Shown here: positions 13,751 through 27,960 of the stretch, one piece after another
Layout: each line of letters opens with the position of its first letter
How positions within the stretch are numbered: the stretch's first letter is position 1
NCBI GenBank assembly: GCA_949358305.1
Contig: OX442314.1
Span: forward strand, 4,898,001 to 4,962,000
Direction: 5' to 3'
Source: Strigamia acuminata
Lineage: Eukaryota
DNA: 64,000 nucleotides
Position numbers and translations under genes: made by a program
The notes under the pieces: generated by a model
The model's input: the letters and a program-made list of their open reading frames with translations, nothing else
What the model was told of the DNA's origin: nothing
Databases searched by the model: none

Positions 13751-15099
13751 CTGACCAATGGGTTGGTCAGTTTCTTTTCCCTCGATTGGTTTGAGTGGGA
13801 GGAGAGGTTATTAACGGAATTGATGGCGCGGAACAAAAAGAAAATGGCCACAAGTCACGTGAGTTTATTCTTTTTTTCCCTTTGTTTGATCTGGTGTGTT
13901 TGCTCAGTTCGGTTGAAGAGAGAAAAGAAGAAATGTATTAAAAAACAATTTTTGTTGTATAGACAAAAAGCGAGATCGGTAAGGTTTGGTTGAGCGTTGT
14001 TTTTTCTCGTTTGGGGGCGCAGCTGGTGACTTCCATTTTGTGTCATGTGGGGGCGCAACTAATTAACATTTTGAGAGGTAACTGATGGATGAGGGACGAT
14101 GGAGAAACGTCGGTGGAAATTGGGGAAATAAAATGTAAACTGCATTGGAAATAATTGGGGTTAAGGTGGTGGGAGGAGTTTAATGGCAGGTTTTTCCATG
14201 TTAATGTATGGGAATTAGGCTTCATTATGGGGCTGGGTGGTTGAGCGGATTTGGAGGATCGATGTTTATCGATATTTATTGATTTTTGGATTTTGTTTGA
14301 TTTTATTTTGTGGAGTTTTTTTTTAAGATTGTTGGATGGTAATTAGGCTTGGAAGATTTTATTAAAATAGCGATTTTTGTAATCGATATTTATGGAAAAA
14401 AAATTGATTTCTATTATGTGAAATTTGTTTTATTTTGTTTGGGGTTGTTGGATGGTGATTGGCTTGGAAGAATTTATTAAAATATCGATTTTTGAAATCG
14501 ATTTTTTTTCATAAAAATCTTTTTTTTTTTGTATGTTTGTTTTTGTGAATTTTCTAATTGTGATGAATTTGGAAGACTTTGGAGAAAATATCGATTATAA
14601 AATCGATTTTTTTTTTCTAAAACCCTGGTTTTATATTTCTGTGAATTTTCATTAATTTTCATTTTCTGATGATGTATGGAAATTAGGCTCAATTATCATT
14701 TAAGAGGTTTCAAAACACGTACAAAAAGATATTAATTAAATCCAATTCATTTCTATTGGATGTTTGCAAAGTCCTCCTATTACAGAAAAAGAAAATTTTT
14801 TTTTGTCGAAAATAAAACTTCAAAACTGCAACCTAATGATTCAGGCAAAATGTAAAAGTTCAATTTTTACATAGTTTAACATGGAAAACGAAGCGAGTTT
14901 CAAGTAAAATCCCAAAAGTGTTTGAAAAATATCGAACGAATTTACCGGCATTTGCAAGTCCATTTGTGATGTCAAAATATATTAACAATATTGAATGGAA
15001 TAACACAATACAACAATATTTCATAACAATACAGCTTTAATGTTACCAATCAAACATTAATCTAACATAACTTCAATGTATTGTTAAATTTATAACAAT

Positions 15100-15260
15100 A
15101 CCAAACCCAACCATGCCAAACCCAACAATGCCAAACCCAACAATGCCAAACACAACAATGCCAAACCCAACAATGCCAAACCCAACAATGCCAAACCCAA
15201 CAATGCCAAACCCAACAATGCCAAACCCAACAATGCAGAATCCAACAATGTCAAATCCAA
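15100..15260. repeat. 15-bp minisatellite (CCAAACCCAACAATG)
   Basis: Tandem units; spurious MPNPT ORF. Confidence 0.92.
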
Positions 15261-16349
15261 AAATGCTCAATCCAAGAATATTTAATGTCACAATGCCAAA
15301 AGTAGCATGTTTTGCAACAATCAAATGAAACAATCAATTTATCAACTTGTTGTCAAGTTTGAATCAGTGTCATGGTTTGTTCCTTGCGACTAACGCTATA
15401 AGCATGACACTCGCGGAGTGGCGGAATGTCGCCGCTCCAAATATCCACGTTAATCGGGTTTGGATTTGAAAAAAACTTTTTTCGACGATTTCTTTGAAGT
15501 TCAAAATTGAGTTTTATGTATAGAATAAAAGATGAGAGATTTGTTGTCTCCTCTCCCCTTCCCCCCCACTCCCTCTCCTCAGACTGAAGGGATTTAATTG
15601 AAAGATTTGTCCGCCTGAGACCACTATCGATTAAATTCACTTTTGTGTCGATTGGATGAGGGGCTCGGGATGAAGACTTGAGTCGACAACCTTCCTTTCT
15701 TCTCTTCACACGTGTCTAAAGTCGACTGCATTCCATTGTGCGCGTTGTTGGCAACTCCAGCGCTCCGCCGTTCCTGACGGCTCACAATGATGCAAAATAG
15801 CGGATGATTGATTGCGTTTATTAATTCCTTTAATTTTTTTTCCCTTCATTGTTGTAGTTTCCAAGTTTGATAGATACAGTGATCCTCGAAGAGACTTAAT
15901 TAAGGACGCTTGTCACGCTGGCGTCCGAATCAAGCCACGCGCCACTTGCTCATTAAAACGACACACATTACCTGCAATTCGTCGATTAAAGGTCATAAAT
16001 TAAGTGAGGATTCTGCTTGTCATAAATTTAATCCGGCTTTTTCGAAATTGATTTTTCACTCTTTCTTTTGAAAAAAGTAATGGGTTTTTTTTTTTGCTTT
16101 TTTTATAGTGTGCCTGTGTGGAAGTTTAGAATTGCTAGCCATGCTATAATTCTTGAAGTTTCAGAGAATTGGCAGCAAAATAACAATGAAGTTTTAATTG
16201 TTACACATTATACGAGAAAATAGCATAGTTTATTTTGGCAGCAATATTCCACAAAATGGAAGTGAATTGTTTTACCTGTTTTCAACTATTGTTGCAATAT
16301 TGTGAGTAATGTGAACAAATTGAGGATATTGCGACGTCTACTGGTGTTT

Positions 16350-16900
16350 ATCGATTGTTTCATTTTGATAGTTTTATTTTGATTGTTTCATTTTGATTGT
16401 TTTATTTTGATTGTTTCATTTTGATTGTTTCATTTTGATTGTTTCATTTTGATTGATTTAATGTTAATTGTTTCATTTTGATTGATTTAATGTTGATTGT
16501 TTCATTTTGATTGTTTCATTTTGATTGTTTCATTTCTATTGTTTCATTTTGATTGTTTCATTTTGATTGTTTTATTTTGATTGTTTCATTTTGATTGTTT
16601 CATTTTGATTGTTTCATTTTGATTGTTTCATTTTGATTGTTTCATTTCCATTGTTTCATTTTGATTGTTTCATTTTGATTGTTTCATTTTGATTGTTTCA
16701 TTTTGATTGTTTCATTTTGATTGTTTCATTTTGATTGTTTCATTTTGATTGTTTCATTTCCATTGTTTCATTTTGATTGTTTCATTTTGATTGTTTCATT
16801 TTGATTGTTTCATTTTGATTGTTTCATTTTGATTGTTTCATTTTGATTGTTTCATTTTGATTGTTTTATTTTGATTGTTTCTTATTGATTGTTTCATTTT
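16350..16900. repeat. 14-bp minisatellite (GATTGTTTCATTTT)
   Basis: Tandem units visible. Confidence 0.95.
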
Positions 16901-18169
16901 TAAACAATGAAACACTACCAAATGTTTAACTGCATTGTTGACTGATCAGTCAAGTCCTGAATTTTGCATTGATGGAATTGCATTGTTAGAAACGTACAGT
17001 TGAAAAAGAATTTTTTTCCTCGACGCTTCGATCGGTCCTCGCAGTCGGGCAATAGGCAAAACCATTAAAAATTACGGAAATTTATTATGATTTTGGGGAA
17101 AATGTTTTGTTAGTTTAAATTAGGTCGCTCTCGTTCGTTCTAATTGTTCGTTCTAATTATCACGAATTATCGTGGGAATTGTCTTTAATTTTTAAACGTC
17201 TCGCAGATGCATCTCACAAAAAAATATTTTTTTTAAAGTCGCCATTTCTTTTTTTTTTAATGACGCATTTATTTGATTCTCTTTAATTCGTTTCGCGCCA
17301 TTTCCGAGTCGCCTCCTTTGTTTGTACTGTGTAACCGGAAATTGGAGAAAAGGCAAAACGCCGGCATGAAAGGGTTTTTGGTCACGAACCGTGCACCGCC
17401 AAAACGAAACAATGGCCAAACATGTGTAATTAAAATTGCATTTCCAAATAAAAATTCTTTTCGCCAAAACAACTCCCAATCATCGATCCAACAATCTAAT
17501 CAATCAAAAAAAAATGGCCGCCAAAAAAATGGCCGCCATTTTTTTTTCTCGTTTTTTTTTTTTAAATAAGGGGAAAATAAAGTGCAAACTTTTCTCATTT
17601 GAAATTTTTTTTTTATTTTTTTTTATTTCATTTCCTGAGTTGGTGCTTTTGGTGAATTTTTTACGCGTTGCACAGTCGAAATTGGTTAATTTGGTGGGTT
17701 GGAAAAAAAGAACGCCGTGTTTAAAGTTGATCTTCGGACCGGGAATTGCACTTTAGGGGTTGGCGAAAAAGCCAATTAAGACCTGATTCACCGATTGCAC
17801 CCTCGCCATCTCATATTGAAAACGCTCTGGCTTAATTGACAACAATGCGACTTGGGCCTCATATTAAAAGATGGCGGCGATCGAGTAAATAAATAATAAT
17901 AGGACAAGTGGGCCGAAGCGAAGCAGGGGGACATTAATATCGCTTGGCTGAACCTCTCTCTTGCGATTTACGCTTAATAATGCATCACGTGGAGGCCTAG
18001 CCGAACAGAACGCCAGCGCGAGCGCCAACGCATATTCGCGGCTCGACTCAATACAAGCGTAATGAACGGTTCCTGCAAATATTACTGAAAAGTTTGGATT
18101 TTACAAATTTATTGCAAATTTATTACAAATCCTCCTTAAAGTTGTAGGAATGCTGTACTGCAATTATTC

Positions 18170-18640
18170 TAACTGGCACAAATTGAAACTATTGAAACTG
18201 GCACAAATTGAAAGTATAGCGACTGGCACAAATTGAAAGTATAGGGACTGGCACAAATTGAAAGGATAGGGACTGGCATAAATTGAAACCATTAAAACTG
18301 GCACAAATTGAAACCATTAAAACTGGCACAAATTGAAACCATTAAAACTGGCACAAATTGAAACCATTAAAACTGGCACAAATTGAAACCATTAAAACTG
18401 GCACAAATTGAAACCATTAAAACTGGCACAAATTGAAACCATTAAAACTGGCACAAATTGAAACTAGCACAAAATAAATTAATGGAAAGTATTAAAACTA
18501 TACTACAAAATGAAACAATAGAAAGTATTGAAACTATACAAAATGAAACAATGGAAAGTATTGAAACTATACAAAATGAAACAATGGAAAGTATTGAAAC
18601 TATAAAAAATGGAACAATGGAAAGTATTGAAACACTACAA
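18170..18640. repeat. 25-bp minisatellite (AAACTGGCACAAATTGAAACCATTA) followed by a 30-bp array
   Basis: Period 25 at 18301/18326/18351. 30-bp unit from about 18480. Confidence 0.9.
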
Positions 18641-19807
18641 GTTGAAATTCTTAAAACAGAGACAAATTCAAAACTGTTGAAATTGATGACAATTGAAACA
18701 ATTGATGACACATAAATTAAAGCTTTCTGAAGTAGGTGCTCATTGATATATCACCATCTTCTACTTGTCTCTCAATAGACCAAAATACAGTAATCCTCTC
18801 ATCTTCCTAACCACATTGTATTTTTAATTTTTACTCAATGGACCATTTAAAATTTATAATATTTCCACTGTCACTCTATTCTAAAAAAAAACTTTACTTC
18901 TTTCTGCACCTTGTCACTACCAGTTCTGAGTTAGAAACTTAATGCTAGGATTCTCTCAAAACATTGAGAAGAAAACGCTCTGTCCCCTTTATTTCCATGA
19001 CATACATGACTGCGAAGAAAAGCGTTGCTCGAAATGTCGTCAGCAGGTGGTGCACAGCATTTGTTACTATAAACTCTATTCAATAAAAGTTTATAATAAC
19101 TTGCAATGGGTGCATTGAAAAGCAGCAAAGGCCAAAATTTATTGCCAACTGCCAATCAAAGCACGCACCAGAGGTGAATTTTTATTGGTGAGAAGAGAAA
19201 CGACAAAAATCATCGTTCGTCCCTCTGCAGCGCCAATGTGGTAGAAATTGAAATCAAATTTCATTGGTTTCAAATATTGATCAACCGAGGTCACTGAAAG
19301 CGAGTGATGAGGTCACAATTTGACATTCCAATAAAAGCAAGTTTCCAAATAGCGCACGGGTGCACAATTAGAAGATATATACGCTGTACTGTGATGTATC
19401 CGTAAACTGGCGTGTTACCGAATTTTGACACTAGAGGGCAGTCATAATCCTTCCTGGACAAAAGTTGCTCCAAACCACCCAGAGGCAGAACATCTTAGCG
19501 TAGGAAGTTTTACGGTTGATCATTCTCCCACGCCTCGTATTAAATCGCGTTCAATGACAAACACGTGTCGATACCGGCTCTCAATGGGAATGTCGATGGT
19601 TGGATGCCATCTTCTTTCATTATTACAGTCGTTCGGCGGGTTATTTGCAGATAACGAGCGGAATTTGTCTTCGCCTCATTTCATCCCAAGAGGCATCCAT
19701 CTTGAAAATGTGCACGGCACGCAAATAGCGACAATCCCGCAGAGCAGAATATTTTTGCAAATTTAGCACTCAGAATTGCCCGCTGTAATCTGTTTCGACA
19801 GAACTGT

Positions 19808-20503
19808 TGTGGTGACCCGGTAGTCACCAGGGTAAAACTAAAAATAAGAATATTTATTGGAAATACATATTTTATTTTATCAGAATTAGTTCTGTTTATT
19901 ATTCTTTGCTCAGTCAAAACTGAATTGAGCTGAGACCACAGCGTAGCCTTGAGCTTGTCAAGCGCCGGGGAAGTAGAAGCCAAACGTCGACATCATCGTG
20001 CCGCCCAAGTCGAGAAAGGTCCCGAATTGCCTGAAGTTGCCATGTTGTCAGTTCAGCATAAGGAATTCTTCCAACCGCAGTCAAAGAATTGCCCGAACTG
20101 TTTGTTGTCGTGCAGTTTGTGAGTAGAAGTAGAGATGAGATTTCGGAATATTTTCTGTTATTTTTTAAGTGAAGAAAATCGAATTATTTCGGGCCAAAGT
20201 TGATCGATTATCGACAAGCGCCGACGTCGACAAGCCATTGCTGTCGTTATTTTACATATCATTTTATTAATATAAGTTAATTTAAATAGTCAATTTATAA
20301 TTTCAGTAGCAAAGAATTTATCTAAATATTTCATGTAAAGTGTGTTAAATTATTCTAGTTTCAGAATAAATTATTTAAGTGTTTGTTTTGAGAGAATATT
20401 AATCTCTTATTAATATTTTCTACCTAGTTTTGATAAGGTGTGGCAACCGCTTGTACCTTAGTTTAATTAGTTAAGAATAATTAAGTTAAAACAGGTTACA
20501 ACA
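19808..20503. mobile_element. Candidate solo LTR
   Basis: TGTGGTGACC ... GGTTACAACA, an 8/10 terminal inverted match. Flanks CTGT/CTAT (3/4 TSD). The first 12 nt equal the start of the Gypsy LTR in this window. Confidence 0.4.
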
Positions 20504-21769
20504 CTATGTCTGACAGGTCAATCCTCACACCAGTACCAGCAACGGAAATGGAAACCAGCGCCATCTCTTGACAGGAATTAACAACTTCACAACAATGATA
20601 ACAATAAAAAACACAACAAATAGAAATCGAGGAGAATCCGTAAGATTCAAACAATCGCATACAAAAGTCGTCTGTTGTCACCCTGAAACAATCGCATAGA
20701 AACACCGTCTGTTGTCGACACTAAACAATGCAAATAATCAGACAATCCTCCAGACCGCGTTCTACGTTGTGGCACAGTAAAGGTTGCGTCCGACCGTAAT
20801 TTAAAAAAAAAAATATTTCAGGGGGGCATGTGCCCCTTAGCACCCCCTGTTTTACACCTCTGACAGTCTCGTGTTTCTAACTTTCGAGTAGCGCCACAAA
20901 TTCTCTCGCTGATGAAAGCGCACCTCAGGTCACTCTTGGAGCAAGATGACCAATGGCCGGCATCGGTCAAGCGCCGACACACAAAATGGATCCCGTCGAT
21001 GATTGATGTCGAGTAACACCGACACTTGTCAGCCATTGTTTTAATCCTCGCGCACGAGCGCCGTCAGTGCGACTAGGATAATTACCTGCCACCTGGTGAT
21101 AAATGAGCAAACTAATCAGCATGCTCGCCCGCTCCGAGGTGTGAGTTTGGGTGCCACCTGGAACCACGACGGGGGGAGGCGTTTTTTGACGAGGAGGCGC
21201 GTGTAATTACATCGTAATTGCACGCGGCAGGGACGGCACGGAGCGGGGCGGAGCGGAGCGAGCGGCTCGTAACACGCGGCGCGCAACAAGGCGCGGGGGA
21301 TTACGGGATTGGTTAAGGGAGTGAGTGGAAGTGGGTATCAAATCACGTGACCGACTAATCACTCGAAAATTTTACCCGAGTTGGCTTTTATGAGGGTTTT
21401 TTTTTCTTTTTTTTGTCTTAACGCGCTTGCGAGCGTCGATAGGTGTCACCAAAGGGTTTGTTGCCGTGTTAACGACCCGGTGTTAATAAAGATAAACCAA
21501 AATGGTTTGCTGCGTGTTTTAATGAGGTTGGGTTGGTTAGTTGAGGCTCTCGGCTAACTACTTTTGGGAAAATGTTGAGATTATTTTTTATTCGTGGACG
21601 TGTTAGACACAAATGTGGTTATAATAGACCAACTGTGGTGGTTGCAACAATAATAACAATGGTTGTGCACACTTTGATTGACGATCGATTAAACCTGGGG
21701 TTTCGCTCCTGGGAAACCGGCCGAAAATTTTTGGTATTGAAAATGCGTATTTTAATCTATTTTTCATAA

Positions 21770-22120
21770 TTTTAGACATCTTTTGATGGTTTTATCATAA
21801 TTTTAGACTTTTTTTGATGGATTTTTCAACATTTTAGACATTTGTTGGTGGATTTTGCATTGTTTTAGACGTTTGTTGGTGGATTTTGCATTGTTTTAGA
21901 CGTTTGTTGGTGGATTTTGCATTGTTTTAGACGTTTGTTGGTGGATTTTGCATTGTTTTAGACGTTTGTTGGTGGATTTTGCATTGTTTTAGACGTTTGT
22001 TGGTGGATTTTGCATTGTTTTAGACGCTTGTTGGTGGATTTTGCATTGTTTTAGACGTTTGTTGGTGGATTTTGCATTGTTTTAAACGTTTGTTGGTGGT
22101 TTTTGCATTGTTTTAGATTT
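21770..22120. repeat. 31-bp minisatellite (TTTTAGACGTTTGTTGGTGGATTTTGCATTG)
   Basis: Tandem units visible. Confidence 0.93.
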
Positions 22121-23073
22121 AAAACGATAAAAAAGTGTAAAATGATGAAAAATCAATCAATAAAGTCTAAACTGGTAAAAAAAACCAATCAGAAATGCCT
22201 AAAATCTTGGAAAATCAATCAAAAACAAAAAATAATTACGGTATTGAGAGTATCGATTTCCCGGCAGTACTGGACTTTTTGATATCGAAAAACCAGGAAA
22301 TCCAAAACCTTAATCAAACGGAAAAATACTTTTTTTGCAGCAAAAAATTGTAAAATTAAAATGGCTGCCACACAAGTTGGATCGAGGGTCAAATTTTCAC
22401 CCGACGTTTTTCTGACAGTCGGAAATAAAACGTCACTTTCTCCACCCGGCGTCAAACTTGTCATTTTCGAATTAAACGTTAAAAGAAACCCAAAAAAATT
22501 TTTTTTTTTATTATTATTATTTATTTTTTTTTCTGGATTCTCTCACGCATTTGGCGTCTCCCTGTATGTTTTTTTATTTCGTTTTTTTCACTTTTATTTT
22601 TTTTTTATCTGTGAAAACGCGATTCAATTCGGCGAAATTCCCGTCTTCGAGTAGAAAAGTTGAAAAGCCGGCCGACAGACGGCGTAATAGGAGTACGATG
22701 CAGTGAAGCCTACCTAAAATGCGCGAGGGGGACTGCGCCTGGCAGGTTTTCATCCCCACTTCTCCTCACCACATCTTTCTTCTTTTCTTTTTTTTATTTC
22801 CTCCACAATTCCTTTAGCTTCGACCAAAGGCGATCGAAGTAAAAATCTCCGTTTGACTAACGAACCAGTTGCCGCCACTTGTAGTCTCTGATTACCGCCC
22901 TTCTGCCACGCACTTTCACCGCTTCCGATTACCTCAATTTGGACTTAAACAACTGATAAAAATAAAACACAAGCGAGAAACACACAAAAATCAATCGAGT
23001 TGGCTTTGCTGCGCGTCATGCAACCGGCTTTGCATGATCTGGGGTTTTTAAACCGGACAATTTTGGGCCAATA

Positions 23074-23700
23074 CAGTCGAATCTCGTTATAACGAATTTT
23101 TGTAACAACGAATTTTTTGAAAATGACCTGATTGGTTAGCCACAGAATACCATGTTAAAAAATTCGTTATAACGAATTTCGCTATAACGTATCTCACAAT
23201 AGCAAATTTTGCTAAAACGAATTTTACGAATCTGGGGTTTAAGCGTTTTTAAACCGGACAATTTTGGCCAATACAGTCGAATCTCGTTATAACGAATTTT
23301 TATTACAACGAATTTTTAAAAAATGACCTGATTGGTCACAGAACACCATTTTAAAAAATTCGTTATAACAAATTTTGCTATAACGGATTTTCCAAGAGCG
23401 AATTTCGCTATAACGAATTTCACGATAGCAAATTTTGCTATAACGAATTTCACGAATCTGAGTTTAAGCGTTTTTAAACCGGACAATTTTGGCCAATTTA
23501 ATCGAATCTCGTTATAACGAATTTTTGTTACAACAAATTTTTAAAAATGACATTATTGGTTAGCCACAGTACACCATGTTAAAAATTCGTTATAACGAAT
23601 TTCGCTATAACGGATTACACAACAGCGAATTTCGCTATAACAAATTTCACAATAGCAAATTTTGATATAACGAACAATTCGTTATAACGAGGTTCGACTG
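23074..23700. mobile_element. pogo/Tigger-like MITE with internally triplicated left end
   Basis: TA|CAGTCGAATCTCGTTATAACGAATT ... AATTCGTTATAACGAGGTTCGACTG|TG (right TA mutated). Many CGTTATAACG palindromes. A ~200-225-bp unit recurs at about 23049, 23250 and 23476. Confidence 0.75.
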
Positions 23701-24429
23701 TGATATAAACCCGCACTAGAATGCGCCTGAGCTGACGACACATTAAACGCATCATCGGTCAAGTCTCCCACTTAAACACCGTGCGCTATTTGCAATAAAA
23801 ATCCCCGTGCACAATTGGAGGCCCGCGCGGTAATAGATTTCCTAGGGAATACAGATGGGGAATTCGGCACCCCTCCTGTGTGTCTAATTGCGCACCCGTG
23901 CGGCATATTCTTGTCGGGGACGATTTCGCCGAAGATTATGGGAAAATCCCGGCGGCGTGGAAAATGTCGCTGACAAGATGAAGAAAATGAAGTTGACTGC
24001 TAAAGAGATTCCACAAGTCGAAATTTCATTTTTTTTTCTCTCCTTATTTCATTGGGAATGTCAACACTTGTATTAGTAGCTATGGCTACAATCGCTTTGT
24101 TTAATCCTTCGGCGTGTGCGTGTTGCGAGGCGATATGCGGTGAAAGGCATTTTTCAATTTTAAGGGAGAGATAAAAATGAAAAAGAAAAAAGTGGCCGAC
24201 AGTCACCAATCGAAGGTTGATCTTTTGATCCGACACCAGGAGGCCAACTCACCTCACAGTGGCAATTGGAAATTGGTTGGAATAGCATTTTCGAGTCATA
24301 ACAACTTGTGCTCGAGTTATGTTCACTTGGATGTTGGCAATTTTAAATATGGGAAGTGCAATTTATTTCTTTACCAGCAAATGCATGTGTTTACGCAGTC
24401 TGTAGTATAACTTAGACCTCAAGCTGCAA

Positions 24430-25850
24430 GTGTTCACTTTCAAGTGCACAGCTTTAAATACAGAGATTCAAGTAAAGAGATTCAAGTGTACAGCTTTAAC
24501 TATAGAGATTCAAGTAAAGAGATTCAAGTGTACAGGTTTAAATATACAGATTCAAGTAAAGAGATTCAAGTGTACAGCTTTAACTATAGAGATTCAAGTA
24601 AAGAGATTCAAGTGTACAGCTTTAAATATAGAGATTCAAGTAAAGAGATTCAAGTGTACAGCTTTAAATATAGAGATTCAAGTATGCAGCTTTTTATGTA
24701 CAGATTCAAGTATGCAGCTTTTTATGTACAGATTCAAGTATGCAGCTTTTTATGTACAGATTCAAGTGTACAGATTCAATTGTACAGATTTAATTTTGCA
24801 GATTCTAGTGTACAGATTCAAGTGGACAGATTCAAGTGTACAGATTCAAGTGGACAGATTCATGTGTACAGATTCATGTGGACAGATTCAAGTGTACAGA
24901 CAAGTGTACAGATTCAAGTGTACAGGCAAGTGTACAGATTCAAGTGTACAGGCAAGTGTACAGATTCAAGTGTACAGGCAAGTGTACAGATTCAAGTGTA
25001 CAGGCAAGTGTACAGATTCAAGTGTACAGGCAAGTGTACAGACAAGTGTACAGATTCAAGTGGACAGATTCAAGTGTACAGACAAGTGTACAGATTCAAG
25101 TGTACAGGCAAGTGTACAGATTCAAGTGTACAGGCAAGTGTACAGACAAGTGTACAGATTCAAGTACAGTATACAGATTCAAGTGCACTTGAATCTTTTC
25201 TATTAAATAGATTAAATCTCTTGAATCTGTACAGTTGAATCTGTACAGTTGAATCTGTACACTTGAATCTGTACACTTGAATCTGTACACTTGAATCGGT
25301 ACACTTGAATCTGTGCACTTGAATCTGTACACTTGAATCTGTGCAGTGAATCTGTGCACTTGAATCTGTACACTTGAATCTGTACACTTGAATCTGTACA
25401 CTTGAATCTGTACACTTGAATCTGTAAACTTGAATCTGTAAACTTGAATCTGTGCACTTGAATCTGTACACTTGAATCTATACACTTGAATCTGAACACT
25501 TGAATCTGACATGAATCTGTACACTTGAATCTGTGCACTTGAATCTGACAGTGAATCTGTACACTTGAATCTGTGCACTTGATCTGTGTACTTGAATCTG
25601 TCCACTTGAATCTCTTGAATCTGTACCTCTAAAAACTTGAATCTCTTGAATCTGTACCTCTAAAAACTTGAATCTCTTGAATCTGTACCTCTAAAAACTT
25701 GAATCTCTTGAATCTGTACCTCTAAAAACTTGAATCTCTTGAATCTGTACCTCTAAAAACTTGAATCTCTTGAATCTGTACCTCTAAAAACTTGAATCTC
25801 TTGAATCCATTCTCTTGAAGATCCATCCTCTTGAATCTGTTCTCTTGAAT
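24430..25850. repeat. 14-bp minisatellite (AGATTCAAGTGTAC) in two opposed arrays
   Basis: Forward units to ~25186, reverse-complement units (TTGAATCTGTACAC) from ~25187, with longer variant units at both outer ends. Confidence 0.95.
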
Positions 25851-27654
25851 GTTGTGTACACTTGTCTGAGTGTAAATCCCCTAAATATATCAGGATTTAA
25901 AACATTTAAAAACATATAGACACGTCTAAATGACTTTTCTGCACGCAAACTTGCAAAAGTGAACAATTTACACTCAAATGTTCACATTTGCAGTGCAGCT
26001 TTAATTTCCCTTGCACTTTCTATCTCATTGCTACTTCAACTGGCATAAGTTATTCCACACTGGCATCTACCCCAAGTTGCTTATGCATATTAAAGCATGA
26101 TCCACAAGAAAAACAAGAGATAAGCAAAAGCCGTACATCTTACTGCATAATCAAATACATTTCATGTGGAGCATTTTAAATTTTGTTCAGTCTATGAGAA
26201 ATGTTGACCGAAAAATCCGCTTAGACAAGGATTCACACCTAGGAAAACAATTTTTAAGAAAATAAAATTGATCCGCTGCCAAGCATGTTGCTCAAATAAT
26301 CATAAGCATGTGCCAACAGAATGTGCTTTATTGAAAACCGGTCGTTGCAGACTTTCGCACTTGTTCGGATTCTTTGTTTTTTATTAAGTGATTGGTAATT
26401 GGAATTTGGAATGTGCAGAATGGGAAAGGCAATGTTTTGCTATTGGAGGATTTTTTTTTTCATTTTATTGGTGGGAGAAAAAAAATTGGGGGGGTTGGGG
26501 CAAATGTGTGCACAGATGTTTCATAAAGCGAGTTTTTCTCCGATGTAAAATTCAGATAAAAATTTATGAAATTCCATTTTTCATTTTGTAAGCAGATTTT
26601 TAAAATCGATATTTTCTATTTTGCCGATACAAAAATTGACTTTTTTTTCTTTTTTTTTTTGGAAAATCGATTTTTTTTTGGAACAGGAAAAAAAATCGAT
26701 TTTTTTGGACACAAATATCGATACAGAAATCGATTTTTAGCATTATTTTTTTAATTTTTTCTAGAAGGAAACATCAATTTTTTGCTTCGTAAAATCGATT
26801 TTTACTTAATTCATAATATCGATATAAAAAAATCGATTTTGTTAGCAAATAAATTTTTTTTTCAAATAAAACAAATTATTTTTTATAAAAAAAAATCGAT
26901 TTGGACAAAATATAAAATATCGATATAAAAATCGATTTTTTTTTTATTTAGTAGAATGTTTCAGAAATATTTTCTATAGAGTTGTCAGGGCGAAACCAGC
27001 TGACAACTCCCAGCTCTGGTTGTGGTTTTCATTCGATTAAGGTAAACGAACCGAGTCAATAATTGAGACGTTGTGCCTCATTATTAATTCATCGACAATA
27101 AATACGTCGTAGCCGCGATACTGACTCGGAACGTTGATAACCAAACAATAAAAGACGCTGCCGCATATTTTTATTTTTATTTCTTTAAGTTTCTCGTGTT
27201 GATTAACAGAAAACACCCGGAAATTCTTTTGCTTAATTATTTAAGACGACGTGGTTGTTTGAGACTCATCCGACGTTGTCATTCCTCGAGGTTCGCAGTC
27301 GTACGATACGGTGGGAATTGGTTGCCTTGGCGACGGTTTGGTTTTTTATCCATTTATTATTTAGCGGAGACTGGCAGTGTCACTTAAACTTAATCCCGTC
27401 TTTCTTCCTTTTTTTCACTCCGCTTTTTTTTGTTAACTTATTTTTAATCCGATTAACTTTAAATTATTGGCCGCCATATTGAATTTACTAAATTGTTTCC
27501 CCTTTAATATTTGGTAATTTTATTGCAGTGTAAAATGTTAACTCGTTTAATGAAATAATGATGAAAATATCATTTTAAACCACAAAATGACGGAAAAACA
27601 ACAGTGAAATGATTGCGTTAAAAATAAACAATCAAACTATTGTTTCCGAATGAA

Positions 27655-27960
27655 AAATCAGGCATTGTTGTGGATTTTAAAAAAATTAGGTATTGTTGCG
27701 GATTTAAAAAAATCAGGCATTGTTGTGGATTTAAAAAAATCAGGCATTGTTGTGGATTTAAAAAAAAATTAGGCATTGTTGTGGATTAAAAATTCAAACA
27801 TTGTTGTGGATGAAAAAATCAGGCATTGTTGTGGATTTTAAAAATTCAGACATTGTTGTCGATGAAAAAAATCAGGCATTGTTGTGATTTTAAAAAATCA
27901 GGCATTGTTGTGGATTAAAAATTCAGGCATTGTTTTGCAACAAAAAAAATCAGACATTGT
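27655..27960. repeat. ~27-30-bp minisatellite (AAAAATCAGGCATTGTTGTGGATTT)
   Basis: Tandem units visible. Confidence 0.9.
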
